Source: Malacoraja senta
Taxonomy: Eukaryota
Reading direction: 5' to 3'
Length of the DNA stretch: 52,092 bases
Assembly (NCBI GenBank): GCA_038087875.1
Contig: JAXLNO010000103.1
Location: 1 to 52,092, forward strand
Below are positions 13,181-25,783 of this stretch, piece by piece; within the stretch, counting starts at the first letter, position 1; each line of letters opens with the position of its first letter. A program made the position numbers and the translations under genes. Below the pieces are notes generated by a model. That model had not been told where the DNA came from. It made no database searches and worked only from the letters and a program-made list of their open reading frames with translations.

Positions 13181-15884
13181 TCTCTCTCTGCCCTTCTCTC
13201 TTCACAGCCCACTGCTTCATTCACGCACGCACACTCTCCCTCCCCCTCCCCTTCACCTCTCTCCCCAATCCTCTCCTTCCTCTCTCCACCCCATCCTCTC
13301 TCCCCCTCCTCTCTCCCCCTCCTCTCCCACCATTCCTCTCCCCCCTTCCTCTCCACTCTCCTCCTCCCCTCTTCAATTTTTTTAAAATATAACATTAAAA
13401 TTTTCTCTCTCTGCCCCCCCCCTCTAGACGCACCTGAGAGGTGAGAGCTATGCGTCAGTGGATAGGGTGTAGATGGGATAAAAGAAGCAAATTAAAAAAT
13501 TAAAATAATATCAAGGGGTGTGATGAGTGTATGTGTTTGTGGGTGCCGGATTCCGTGCTTTGGAGGAAAGGGGGCGATTAGTGTGACGCCACAGCCTTCA
13601 CCCCACCCGCAAACGCACGTTCGGTGTCCAGACCCAACGGGTCTGCACTTGGTCTAGTATACTTTTAAAACTCTCTGGCTGTCGTCCGTCCGTGCGGCTG
13701 TGCGTCCAACGTTCTGCTTGCCGCGCGGCCTTTGACACCGCCCCGCACCCACACGGCTCGCGGAAACGCCGATATTTTTTACCGTTTCTAAAGAGGTTAC
13801 GTTTGTCTTTACGAATATACGATCCTTATTAAATTCGGTCGTGTTTACGTACGCTTTTTTAAATAAAATACCTCTCCCCACCCCCCAAACCAAACATTTC
13901 AAAATGTTTAAAAAAACAGCTCAGCCATAGAATGTTAGTAAAGATTCCGTGTGTGATGTCACAATGCACAATGGTCACAGATGTCCAATCGGAATGGATC
14001 AATTTACATATGCCTTGGCAGCAGCCCCAGCCCCTTCCCCCCAACCCCCGCAGCATTGGGCATTGTGACATCACAAAACGGAACCTTCATTAACATTCTA
14101 TTGCTGAGAGCTGTTTGTTTAACATTTTGAAATTTCCCCATTCCCTATCACCCCCACACACGTGGCGACGCCCGGCGACACGTGTGACAAATCGAAATGA
14201 ATCCGTTTACATATCCCTTTGCAGCACCCACAGCCCCAGCCCCTCCCCCCCAACCCCACAGCCTGTGTCGAAAGGCGTCGCCACGTGTGTGGGGGGGGGA
14301 TAGGGAATGGGGAAATTTCGTGTGTGGGGGGGATAGGGAATGGGGAAATTTCAAAATGTTAAAACAAAAACAGCTCTCAGCAATAGAATGTTAATGAAGG
14401 TTCCGTTTTGTGATGTCACAATGCCCAATGCTCAAAGATGTCCAATCGAAATGAACCAATTTACATATGCCTTTGCAGCAGCAACAGCACCAGCCCCTCC
14501 CCCCCCCACCCCCGCAGCCTGTGTCGAGGGGCGTCGTCACGTGTGTGGCAACAGAGAAAGAGGATTGGGGGTGATAGGGAATGGGGAACAGATGGACTGT
14601 CCCTACCCCTCCTACTTCAACTCTCCCTCCCCACTCTTCCCCCTCTCTCCTCTCCCCCTCCCTCCCCTCCCACACCCTCTCTTCCCCCTCCACCACCCCC
14701 TCTTCACCCCCATCTCCCACCCACCCCCTTCACCTCTCTCTTGCACCACTCCCCGTTACCCCTCTGCCCCTCACTCCCCACTGTTCCCCTCTCCCTCCCC
14801 CACCTCTCTCCCTCCCCCTCCCTCTCTCCCTCTCTTCCCCCTACTCCTCTCCCCTTCCCCTCATCCCCCCCCCCTCTCCCCCCTTCCTGCCCTCCCCACT
14901 CTCCTCCCCCTCCCTCTCACCCACCCTGATCTCCTCTCCCTCCCCAATCTCTCCCTTTTCCTCTTCCCCCTCTCCCCTCCCTCCCCCTCCTCTTCTCTCC
15001 CCACCCCGTCTCCCTCTCCCCTCTTCTCTCCCCACCACGTCTTCCTCTCCACCCCTCCCCCGCCTGTGTTTGGGGGGTGGTTAGTGTGAGTGTGATGCCG
15101 CAGCCCCCCCCCCCTTCCGCAAACGCGCGTTGGGAAAACAGCCCGCCAACAGTCTCTCTGTCTTTAAGACAGAACTGCAGATGCTTGAAAATCAAAGGTA
15201 CACAAAAAAAAGCTTCATAACCTCAGCGGGTGCAGCAGCATCTATATCAAAAGAAATAGACAACGTTTCGTGAAAAAACCCGTCTGACGATGGGTTTCCG
15301 CCAAAAGCATTGCCTATTTCCTTCAATCCATAGATGCTGCTGCACCCGCAGTGTTTTTCGAGTTTTATTCTGTGTACCAGTCTATCTGTCTCTCCCCTCT
15401 CTCTCTCTCTGCCCTTCTCTCTTCACAGCCCGCGGCTCAACTCATGCACGCCTGCTCCAACCCATCCCCTTCACCTCTCTCCCCCATCCTCTTCTTCCTC
15501 TCTCCACCCCTCTCCTCTCTCACCTTCCTCTCTCCCCACCTTCCTCACCCCCCCTCCTCTCAACCCTCCTCCTCCCCCACCTCACAATTTTTTTTTTCAA
15601 ACATTAAATTTTCTCTCTCTGCACCCCCCCCCCTCGAGACGCACCTGAGAGGTGATGGCTATTCGTCAGTGGATAGGGTGGAGATGGAATAAAAGAAGAC
15701 AATTAAAATATTAATATAATATCAAGGGGTGTGATGAGTGTGTGTGTTTGTGGGTGCCAGATTCACACCCCGCAACCCTGCTTTGGAGGTACAGACCCAA
15801 CGGGTGGTTAGTGTGACGTCACAGCCCCCCCACCCGCAAACGCACGTTCGGTGTCCAGACCCAACGGGTCTGCACTTGGTCTAG

Positions 15885-15904
15885 TCTATCTATCTATCTA
15901 TCTA
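15885..15904 (+). repeat. (TCTA)5 run forming the only TC-starting Helitron 5' end in the window
   Basis: CTAG|TCTATCTATCTATCTATCTA-TTATTATATAAAACTCTC read directly from the sequence. Confidence 0.9.
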
Positions 15905-18900
15905 TTATTATATAAAACTCTCTGGCTGTCGTCCGTCTGTACGGCTGTACGTCTGTACGTCCAACGTTCTGCTTGACTTTCCCGCCTTTGATACCGCCCC
16001 GCGCCCGCGCGGCGCGCGGAAACGCCGATATTTTTTACCGTTTCTAAAGAGGTTACGTTTATCTTTACGAATAGACGATCCTGATTAAATTTGTTCGTGT
16101 TTACGTACGCTTTTTAAAATAAAATACCTCTCCCCCCCCCAACCAAACATTTCAAAATGTTTAAAAAAACAGCTCAGCCGTAGAATGTCAGTAAAGATTC
16201 CGTTGTGTGATGTCACAATGCACAATGGTCACAGATGTCCAATCGGAATGGATCCATTTACATATGCCTTTGCGGCGACCCAAGCCCCGGCCCCTCCCCC
16301 CCAACCCCCGCAGCATTGGGCATTGTGACATCACAAAACGGAACCTTCATTTACATTCTCTTGCTGAGAGCTGTTTGTTTAACATTTTGAAATGTCCCCA
16401 TTCCCTATCACTCCCACACATGCTGCGACGCCCTGCGACACGTGTGACAAATCGAAATGAATCCGTTTACATATGCCTTGGCAGCACCCACAGCCCAAGC
16501 CCCTCCCCCCCAGCCCCACAGCCTGTGTCGAAAGGCGTCGCCACGTGTGTGGGGGGATAGGGAATGGGGAAATTTCAAAATGTTTTAAAAAAAACAGCTC
16601 TCAGCAATAGAATGTTAATGAAGGTTCCGTTTTGTGGTGTCACAATGCCCAATGCTCAAAGATGTCCAATCGGAATGAACCAATTTACATATGCCTGCAG
16701 CACCCACAGCCCAAGCCCCTCCCCCCCACCCCCGCAGCCTGTGTCGAAGGGCGTCGTCACGTGTGTGGCAATAGAGAAAGAGGATTGGGGGTGATAGGGA
16801 ATGGGTAACAGATAGACTGTCCCTACCCCTCCTACTTCAACTCTCCCTCCACACTCTTCCCCCTCTCTGCTCTACCCCTCCCTCCCCTCCCACACCCTCT
16901 CTTCCCCCTCCACCACCCCTCTTCACCCCCATCTCCCCCCTACCCCCTTCCCCTCTCTCTTGCACCACTCCCCGTTACCCCTCTGCCCCTCACTCCCCAC
17001 TGTTCCCCTCTCCCTCCCCCTCCCTCTCTCCCTCTCTTCCCCCTAATCCTCTCCCCTTCCCCTCATCCCCTCCCCCCCTCCCTGCCTTCCCTGCTCTCCT
17101 CCCACTCCCCACTCTCCTCCCCCTCCCTCTCACCCACCCTGATCTCCTCTCCCTCCCCAATCTCTCCCCTTTCCTCTTCCCCCTCTCCCCTCCCTCCCCC
17201 TCTCCTCTTCTCTCCCCACCCCGTCTCCCTCTCCCCTCTTCTCTCCCCACCACGTCTTCCTCTCCACCCTCCCCCGCCTGTGTTTGGGGGGTGGTTAGTG
17301 TGAGTGTGATGCCGCAGCCCACCCCCCTCCCGCAAACGCGCGTTGGGAAAACAGCCCGCCAACAGTCTCTCTGTCTTTAAAATATTAATATAATATCAAG
17401 GGGTGTGATGAGTGTGTGTGTTTGTGGGTGCCAGATTCACACCCCGCAACCCTGCTTTGGAGGTACAGACCCAACGGGTGGTTAGTGTGACGTCACAGCC
17501 CCCCGCCCCAAACGCACGTTCGGTGTCCAGACCCAACGGGTCTGCACTTGGTCTGCACTCCCCACTCTTCCCCTCTCCCTCCCCACCTCTCTCCCTCCAC
17601 CCTCCCTCTCTCCCTCTCTTCCTCCTACTCCTCTCCCCTTCCCCTCATCCCCTCCCCCCCTCTCCCCCCTTCCTGCCCTCCCCGCTCTCCTCCCACTCCA
17701 AACTCTCCTCACCCTCCCTCTCACCCACCCTGATCTCCTCTCCTTCCCCAATCTCTCCCCTTTCCTCCTCGCCCTCTCCCCTCCGTCCCCCTCTTCCCTC
17801 CCCTCCCTCCCCTCTTCTCTCCCCACCCCGTCTCCTTCTCTCCCCCTCCCCTCCTCTCCCCAACCCCGTCTCCCTCTCCCCCACTCCCCCCGCCTGTGTG
17901 TTTGGGGGGTGGTTAGTGTGAGTGTGATGCTGCAGCCGCAGCCCCCCCCCCTCAAACGCAAGGTAATCAAAAAAATGAAGTATAAACTCAGCGAGTGCAG
18001 CAGCATCTTTGGATCGAAGGAAATAGGCAATGTTTCATAACAAAACACGTCTGAAGATGGGTTTCAGCCACAAACATTGCCTATTTCCTTCGCTCCATAG
18101 ATGCTGCTGCACCCGCTGAATTTCACCACCTTTTTTGGGTGTACCAGTCTCTCTGTCTCTCCCCTCTCTCTCTCTCTCTGCCCTTCTCTCTTCACAGCCC
18201 GCAGCTTAACTCATGAACACCAGCTCAAAACACCCCCCTTCACCTATCTCCAACATCCTCTCCTTACTCTCTCCACACCCACCTCTCTATCCCCCTTCCT
18301 CGCACCCCTTCCTCTCTCCCCCCTTCCTCTCCACCCTCCTCCTCCCCCTCTTAATTTTTTTTAAAATCTAACATTAAATTTTCACTCTCTGCCCCCCCCC
18401 CCTCTAGACGCACCTGAGAGGTGAGGGCTATTCGTCAGTGGATAGGGTGGAGATGGGATAAAAGAAGCAAATTAAAAAATTAAGATAATATCAAGGGTTG
18501 TTATGAGTGTGTGTGTTCGTGGGTGCCAAATTCCCACCCCGCAACCGTGCTTTGGAGCAAAGGGGGTGGTTACTGTGACGCCACAGCACCCCCCCCCCCC
18601 CACCCGCAAACGCACGTTCGGTGTCCAGACCCAACGGGTCTGCACTTGGTCTAGTTATTATATAAAACTCTCTGGCTGTCGTCCGTCTGTACGGCTGTAC
18701 GTCTGTACGTCCAACGTTCTGCTTGACTTTCCCGCCTTTGATACCGCCCCGCGCCCGCGCGGCGCGCGGAAACGCCGATATTTTTTACCGTTTCTAAAGA
18801 GGTTACGTTTATCTTTACGAATAGACGATCCTGATTAAATTTGTTCGTGTTTACGTACGCTTTTTAAAATAAAATACCTCTCCCCCCCCAAAACCAAACA

Positions 18901-20322
18901 TTTCAAAATGTTTAAAAAAACAGCTCAGGCGTAGAATGTTAGTAAAGATTCCGTTGTGTGATGTCACAATGCACAATGGTCACAGATGTCCAATCGGAAT
19001 GGATCCATTTACATATGCCTTGGCAGCAGCCCCAGCCCCTCCCCCCCCCCAACCCCTGCAGCATTGGGCATTGTGACATCACAAAACGGAACCTTCATTT
19101 ACATTCTATTGCTGAGAGCTGTTTGTTTAACATTTTGAAATGTCCCCATTCCCTATCGCCCCCACACACGTGGCGACGCCCTGCGACACGTGTGACAAAT
19201 CGAAATTAATCCGTTTACATATGCCTTGGCAGCAGCCCCAGCCCCAGCCCCTCCCCCCCAACCCCACAGCCTGTGTCACGTGTGTGGCAATAGAGAAAGA
19301 GGATTGGGGGTGATAGGGAATGGGGAACAGATGGACTGTCCCTATCCCTCCTACTTCAACTCTCCCTCCCCACTCTTCCACCTCTCTCCTCTCCCCCTCC
19401 CTCCCCTCCCACACCCTCTCTTCCCCCTCCACCACCCCTCTTCACCCCCATCTCCCCCCTACCCCCTTCCCCTCTCTCTTGCACCACTCCCCGCTACCCC
19501 TCTGCCCCTCACTCCCCTCTTCCCCTCTCCCTCTCCCCTCTTCTCTCCCCACCCCGTCTCCCTCTCCCCTCCTCCACCCGCCTGTGTTTGGGGGGGGTGG
19601 TTAGTGTGAGTGTGATGCCCCACCCCCCCCCCAAACGCGCGTTGGGGAAACAGCCCGCAAACAGTCTCTATGTCTTTAAGAAGAAACTGCAGATGCTGCA
19701 AAATCAAAGGTAGACAAAAAAAGAAAAATAATCTAAACGGGTGAAAAAGTTAGATTTTGTTTGTGGGGGCGGGTGCTTAGTGTCTGTCACTTTGCGGAGG
19801 CGGGCACGCGCTCTCAATTAAAACAGACGCTCTCATCTGTTTGTGGGTGCGCGTGCTTAGTGTGTGTGACGACACACGCCCCTCCCCCACTTTGGTTCAT
19901 GAGTCGTCCACAACTGAGCGGTTATTCGAATTATTCATCAACCGTCAAACTGACTTTGCTTGTGAAGAGAAAAGTCCTGAATTGCATTTGTCTGACGATA
20001 AGAATCAGCTTTATTTTTAGTGCATTGAATTTATTTGTTTCTAATTTACCTGATCATTATTATAAATCTTAAAGAGTGCATTTAATTTAACAAATTAATT
20101 ATTAAATATTAACATTTGATTGAATTTCATGGTTGATTTCTTTATTTTTATTACATCGAATTTTCTCAATTACCTGTAAATTATAAATCTTCAAGTGCAT
20201 TTCATTTTTTTAATTAACATTTTATTGGATTTCATTGTTAAATTCTTTATTTGTTTTCCATTGAATTGAATTATTTCACACTTAACGTTACTACTTTTTA
20301 ACACTAATTTTTAATTTCAAAA

Positions 20323-20837
20323 CCCCTCCCTTCCTCTCCCCCTTCCTCTCCCCCTTCCTTGCACCCCTTCCTCTCCCCTTCCTCTCCCCCTTCCTCTCCC
20401 CCTTCCTCGCCCTCCTTCCTCTCCCCTTCCTCTCCTCCGTTCCTCTCCCCCTTACTCTCCCCCTTCCTTGCCCCCCTTCCTCTCCCCTTCCTCTCCCCTT
20501 CCTCTCCCCTTCCTCTCCCCCTTCCTCTCCTCCGTTCCTCTCCCCCTTACTCTCCCCCTTCCTTGCCCCCCTTACTCTCCCCCTTACTCTCCCCCTTCCT
20601 CTCCCCCTTCCTCTCCCCCTTCCTCTCCCCTTCCTCGCCCCCCTTCCTCTCCTCCGTTCCTCTCCTCCGTTCCTCTCCCCCTTCCTCCCCCCCTTCCTCT
20701 CCCCCTTCCTCTCCCCATTCCTCGCCCCCCTTCCTCTCCTCCTTCCTCTCCCCCTTCCTCTCCTCCCTTCCTCTCCTCCGTTCCTCTCCCCCGTTCCTCT
20801 CCCCGTTCCTCGCCCCCCTCTTCCTCCCCGTCCTCTC
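20323..20837 (+). repeat. Polypyrimidine minisatellite, ~12-bp unit CTTCCTCTCCCC
   Basis: Direct tandem repetition, almost pure C/T. Confidence 0.9.
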
Positions 20838-22189
20838 AAAAAACTTTTTTCTAACATTATATTTTCAACGTTTGTTCCATCTTTACCAATTTGAAATTTC
20901 TAAATTACTAACGATTATCTTTAATTCTTAAAGACAACATTTCATTTCAAATACCTTTCTTTAAAAAAAATGTGCATACTTTACATTGACAGTTTAGAGT
21001 CAAACTAATTGTAAATTCACTTTGTCAGCGTTGAATTTGTTGTTGTTTTTTAAAGATAGTTTGTGGGGGCGGGTGCTTAGTGTCTGTCACTTTGCGGAGG
21101 CAGGCACGCGATCTCCATTCAAACAGACGCTCTCATCTGTGGGGGCGCTTGCTTAGTGAAGAGTGCTTTTCAATTCAAAGATTTTTTTTTATTAATTAAC
21201 ATTTGATTGTATTTCATTGTTAAATTCTTTATTTGTTTTACATTGAATTGAATTATTTATCACTTAACATTATTACTTTTAAACACTAACTTTTAATTAC
21301 AAATACCATTTTAAAATATAAATTTGCTGTCTTTTCATTGACAGCTTAGATTCTAAATCATTGCTTTTTCACTTTGTTAACGTTGAATTTTTAAAAATAT
21401 TTTTTTAAATATAGATTAAAAAATAATAATTAAAACATTAAATTTTCAACGTTTGTTACATCTTTACAATTTTGAAAATTAAAAATTCTTAACAATTATT
21501 TCTTAAATAAAACATTTCATTTGAAAGAAATCATTTTTTTGATTAATAATTGACTTTAAAATTAACCACATATTTAAAACTAAAATTCATTGTAATTGAT
21601 AACAGATTTCATTTTGATTGATTTCATTCTAGAGGAAAGGCACCATTTTCAAAAAATTAATCTGTTTGACATTCATTGCGATTTATTTCATTTGATCTGA
21701 AAGCTACCATTTGGTATATATTCATCTGATAACTGAGAGTGTGTTTGGGCTTTTTTAAATTCTGAAAAATTCATTTTTCAATAATAAAATCCAGTCTTCA
21801 TTGCCAACTGAGATTATGTTTTCAAATCATGCCAAGAGGAAGGAATAGACATACAGGACGGTCGTGTAATGAGAAAATGATACATCGAGAAGTAATGAGG
21901 AGGAGAAAAGAACAACTGACTCAGCAAGAAAGAACACAACATCTCCAAGATAATCTGGAGATAAACCAGGAGAGAAGGGCACAACAGACACAGCCAGAAA
22001 CATCTCAATGTCTCCAAGATAGTCGGGGTACACAGCGTGAGAGAAGTGCGCATGAGACGAACCAGGAGAGAAGAGGACAAGAGACACAGCCTGAAACATC
22101 TCAGTGTCTACAAGATAGTCGGGGTAGACAGTGGAAGAGAAGTGCACATGATATGCAGCAAAAAACAACTCAACATCTCAGAATAAAAC

Positions 22190-22980
22190 GAGAGAGAGAG
22201 CAGGAGAGAAGGACTCAAGAGATGGAGCCAGAAATAAGTCAACGTCTCAGAACTCAACGAGAGAGAGAGCAGGAGAGAATGACTCGAGAAACGGAGCCAA
22301 AAAGAAGGCAACGTCTCAAAAAAAAAACGAGAGAGGGAGCAGGAGAGAAGGACGCAAGAGATGGAGCCAGAAAGAAGTCAACGTCTCAGAACTCAAAGAG
22401 AGAGAGAGCAGGAGAGAATGACTCGAGAAACGGAGCCACAAAGAAGTCAACGTCTCAAAAAAAAACGAGAGAGGGAGCAGGAGATAAGGACTCAAGAGAT
22501 GGAGCCAGAAAGAAGTCAACGTCTCAGAACTCAACGAGAGAGAGAGGAGGAGAGAATGACTCGAGAAACGGAGCCACAAAGAAGTCAACGTCTCAAAAAA
22601 AAACGAGAGAGGGAGCAGGAGATAAGGACTCAAGAGATGGAGCCAGAAAGAAGTCAACGTCTCAGAACTCAACGAGAGAGAGAGGAGGAGAGAATGACTC
22701 GAGAAACGGAGCCAAAAAGAAGTCAACGTCTCAAAAAAAAAAGAGAGACGGAGCAGGAGAGAAGGACTCAAGAGAAGGCGCCAGAAAGAAGTCAACGTCT
22801 CAGAACTCGACGAGAGAGAGAGCAGGAGAGAATGACTCGAGAAACGGAGCAAAAAAGAAGTCAATGTCTCCAAAAAAAGCGCGAGAGGGAGCAGGAGTAA
22901 AGGACTCGAGAGACAGAGCCAAAAAGAAGTGAACGTCTCAGAAATAAACGAGAGACGGAACAGGAGAGAAGGACTCGAGA
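22190..22980 (+). repeat. Coding tandem repeat (60-bp subunits, 120-bp higher-order period) in the RepHel N-terminus
   Basis: Alternating RTQEMEPERSQRLRTQREREQE / RMTRETEPQRSQRLKKKREREQE units; charged repeats of this type are common in Helitron N-termini. Confidence 0.85.
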
Positions 22981-22981
22981 A

Positions 22982-25783
22982 ATGCATCAAGAAACAACTC
23001 AACACCTTGAGGAACATCAAGAAAGAATACAAATGAGAAGGGATGCAGAGATGGGAGATGAAAGAATTAGAAGGCTGGATGAACAACGAAATGCACGACT
23101 TACAAGGAGAAATATTAATGCTGATGTTGGTCAAATGACCTATGTTTGCGTTCATTGTCGAGCTAATCGCTACTCAGGAGAAACAACCTATTTTTGCTGC
23201 ATGAAGGGTAAGGTCAACATTGCTCCTCTGAAAACACTCCCAAATGCACTCATTAATTTGTATACAGGTGACACGCCACAAGCACATGAGTTCCAAAAGA
23301 ATATTAGACAATACAATTGCCTCTTTCAATTCACTTCATTTGGTGCAAAGGAAGTGGTGTCACATGGATGGAATCCTTCAGTGATCATTCAAGGCCAGAT
23401 TCATCATTTCATTGGTTCTTTGATGCCTGACCAAGATCAACAAAGTACATTCTTACAAATCTATTTCATGGACCCGCAAGATAGCGTTGAGTTGCGAATG
23501 AGTATACTCCAAGATGCTGGTATTCAAAGGGACACTGTTGAAATTCTTGAAAACATGATAAGACTAAACAACCCTTACATTCATTCACTTGTGATGGCGA
23601 TGGAGAGAATTAGAGATTTACCGGAGGCATCAATCATTATTGATCCCAATTATCGGCCACCTTTCCAACATGAACGGAGGTTTAACACGCAAACTGCAAA
23701 TGAAGTTGCCGTCCTTATAGCAAACAGTAATGAGCCTGTGGCAACATCACGCCACATTGTCTTGAGAAGAAGAGGAAGAGGAGGAGCAGAAGGTGGTCTG
23801 CAAATCATTTCAGAGTCCCATAGGTCTTATGACAGTTTTCAATACATCCTTTTCTTTCCACTTGGTGATGACGGGTGGCATTCACAACTGCAAATGAGTA
23901 GCGGCAGAAAATTGACACTAATGCGATATTATGCATATAGGATCATGAGTCGTGACAATGAATTCAACCAGCTTTTGAGAGGAGGACGACTCTTCCAACA
24001 ATATCTTGTTGATATGGCGGCTATCACCTATAGACTTAATTATATTCGCATGAATCAGGTATCGTTGAGGTCAACGACATACAAAGGACTGACGGATGCA
24101 TTACATGATGATGATGACTTGCAAAACATTGGAAGGCGCATAATCCTCTCTTCAACATTTGTCGGTGGTCCCAGATATATGATGGGACGATGCCAGGACG
24201 CAATGATGTATGTTCGGAAGTATGGTACTGCTGCATTCTTCATTACAATGACCTGCAATCCAAATTGGAGCGAGATCCGACAGTGCCTCTTTCCAAATCA
24301 GCAGCCGTCTGATAGACCGGAATTAATAGCAAGAGTATTTGAGCTGAAAAGAAAAATATTCATGAAGACCGTAACTGGACCAGATGGCTTCTTTGGAAAC
24401 TGTATTGCTTTCATCTTGACTATGGAATATCAGAAGAGAAGCATGCCTCATTTCCATTGTCTGCTTTGGCTTGATGAAGCGAGTAAGCCAAGACCTCAAC
24501 ATTATGAAAGATTTGTGCAAGCTGAAATTCCAGACCCACAAGCAGATCCTGAGCTGCATCAATTGGTACTCAAGCACATGATCCATGGACCGTTCTGCAA
24601 GGCCACATCTCGATGTTGGAAGGAAGGAAGATGCACCAAGAGATTCCCAAAGCCATTTGTCGAAAGCGCAATGTATGGAGATGATTCGTATCCTCTGTAC
24701 AGGAGAAGATCTCCAGCAATGGGAGGATTTCAGGGACATCAAGCAGGACGTCCGTTACCAACTATTACTTCTAATTGGGTTGTGCCCTATAATGCAGAAC
24801 TATTGAAGGCTTTCCAATGTCACCTCAACGTCGAAATATGCTGCTCTGTACAGTCAATCAAATACGTCATCAAGTACACCTTGAAGGGGTGTGATCACGC
24901 AGCTTTTGGAATTAACGTATATGACGAGATTAAACAGTACCTGAATGGAAGATACATTGGTCCTTCAGAGGCAGCGGCATCAGTCCTTGGATTCCTTACT
25001 CATGAGAGACACCCCCCTGTCATTCGACTTGATGTACATCTACCAGACCAACAACAAGTATTTTTTGATGCTGCACAGCAAGGGATGAATGATGGAATGG
25101 TGAGAACCACTTTGACTGAATTTATTCGATTGAGTTCTGAAGATCCATTTGCAAGAACACTATTGTACGTTGATGTACCTCGATTTTATACATGGAGCAG
25201 CAAGAGATGGCAAAGAAGGAAGGTTGGGAAGAGAGTGGATAACTTCCCAGATATCTTTGAAGTCAACGTTATTGGACGAATATATGTCATTTCTCCAAAA
25301 CATGGAGACCTCTTCTACATGAGACTGCTTCTGCATCACGTGAAAGGACCAGTGTCTTTTGAGTCTTTGAAGACACATAATGGAGTAATTCTTCCTTCCT
25401 TCAAAGACGTCTGCAGAGAAAGAGGTTTGTTGGAAGCTGATGACCAATGGCAACAAACAATGGAAGATGCTGAGATGACAAGGCTCCCCAGGGCAATCAG
25501 GGATTTGTTTGTTGTTCTGCTGACAAATACTGACATCAACGATCCTCTACAGTTACGGATCGCTTCAAGATTTGCATGTCTGAGGATTACCTTGAAAGCG
25601 AGCGAAGAAGAAAAAGTGATCGGAATATCACAATTGATGACAGACATCATGATCAGGCTCTGTTTTATATTCAGGACAAGCTTGAGAATTGCAACACCAC
25701 ACTGGAAAATGTTTCCTTGCCTCGACCAAGAAATGAAAGGATGGATATTGATGGTGAAAATGTTGATTTACTTAATGAATTGA
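22982..25783 (+). CDS. Helitron Rep / HUH endonuclease portion (in frame to ~25557)
   Basis: Cys motif CVHC...FCCMKGKV; FFITMTCNPNW (motif 1), EYQKRSMPHFH (HUH motif 2), KYVIKY (Y2 motif 3), plus WVVPYN and HLNVE. Confidence 0.93.
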   Translation: MHQETTQHLEEHQERIQMRRDAEMGDERIRRLDEQRNARLTRRNINADVGQMTYVCVHCRANRYSGETTYFCCMKGKVNIAPLKTLPNALINLYTGDTPQAHEFQKNIRQYNCLFQFTSFGAKEVVSHGWNPSVIIQGQIHHFIGSLMPDQDQQSTFLQIYFMDPQDSVELRMSILQDAGIQRDTVEILENMIRLNNPYIHSLVMAMERIRDLPEASIIIDPNYRPPFQHERRFNTQTANEVAVLIANSNEPVATSRHIVLRRRGRGGAEGGLQIISESHRSYDSFQYILFFPLGDDGWHSQLQMSSGRKLTLMRYYAYRIMSRDNEFNQLLRGGRLFQQYLVDMAAITYRLNYIRMNQVSLRSTTYKGLTDALHDDDDLQNIGRRIILSSTFVGGPRYMMGRCQDAMMYVRKYGTAAFFITMTCNPNWSEIRQCLFPNQQPSDRPELIARVFELKRKIFMKTVTGPDGFFGNCIAFILTMEYQKRSMPHFHCLLWLDEASKPRPQHYERFVQAEIPDPQADPELHQLVLKHMIHGPFCKATSRCWKEGRCTKRFPKPFVESAMYGDDSYPLYRRRSPAMGGFQGHQAGRPLPTITSNWVVPYNAELLKAFQCHLNVEICCSVQSIKYVIKYTLKGCDHAAFGINVYDEIKQYLNGRYIGPSEAAASVLGFLTHERHPPVIRLDVHLPDQQQVFFDAAQQGMNDGMVRTTLTEFIRLSSEDPFARTLLYVDVPRFYTWSSKRWQRRKVGKRVDNFPDIFEVNVIGRIYVISPKHGDLFYMRLLLHHVKGPVSFESLKTHNGVILPSFKDVCRERGLLEADDQWQQTMEDAEMTRLPRAIRDLFVVLLTNTDINDPLQLRIASRFACLRITLKASEEEKVIGISQLMTDIMIRLCFIFRTSLRIATPHWKMFPCLDQEMKGWILMVKMLIYLMN

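Noticed and set aside
22316..23155. 279-aa minus-strand ORF
   Set aside because: Antisense shadow of the purine-rich RepHel tandem repeat.
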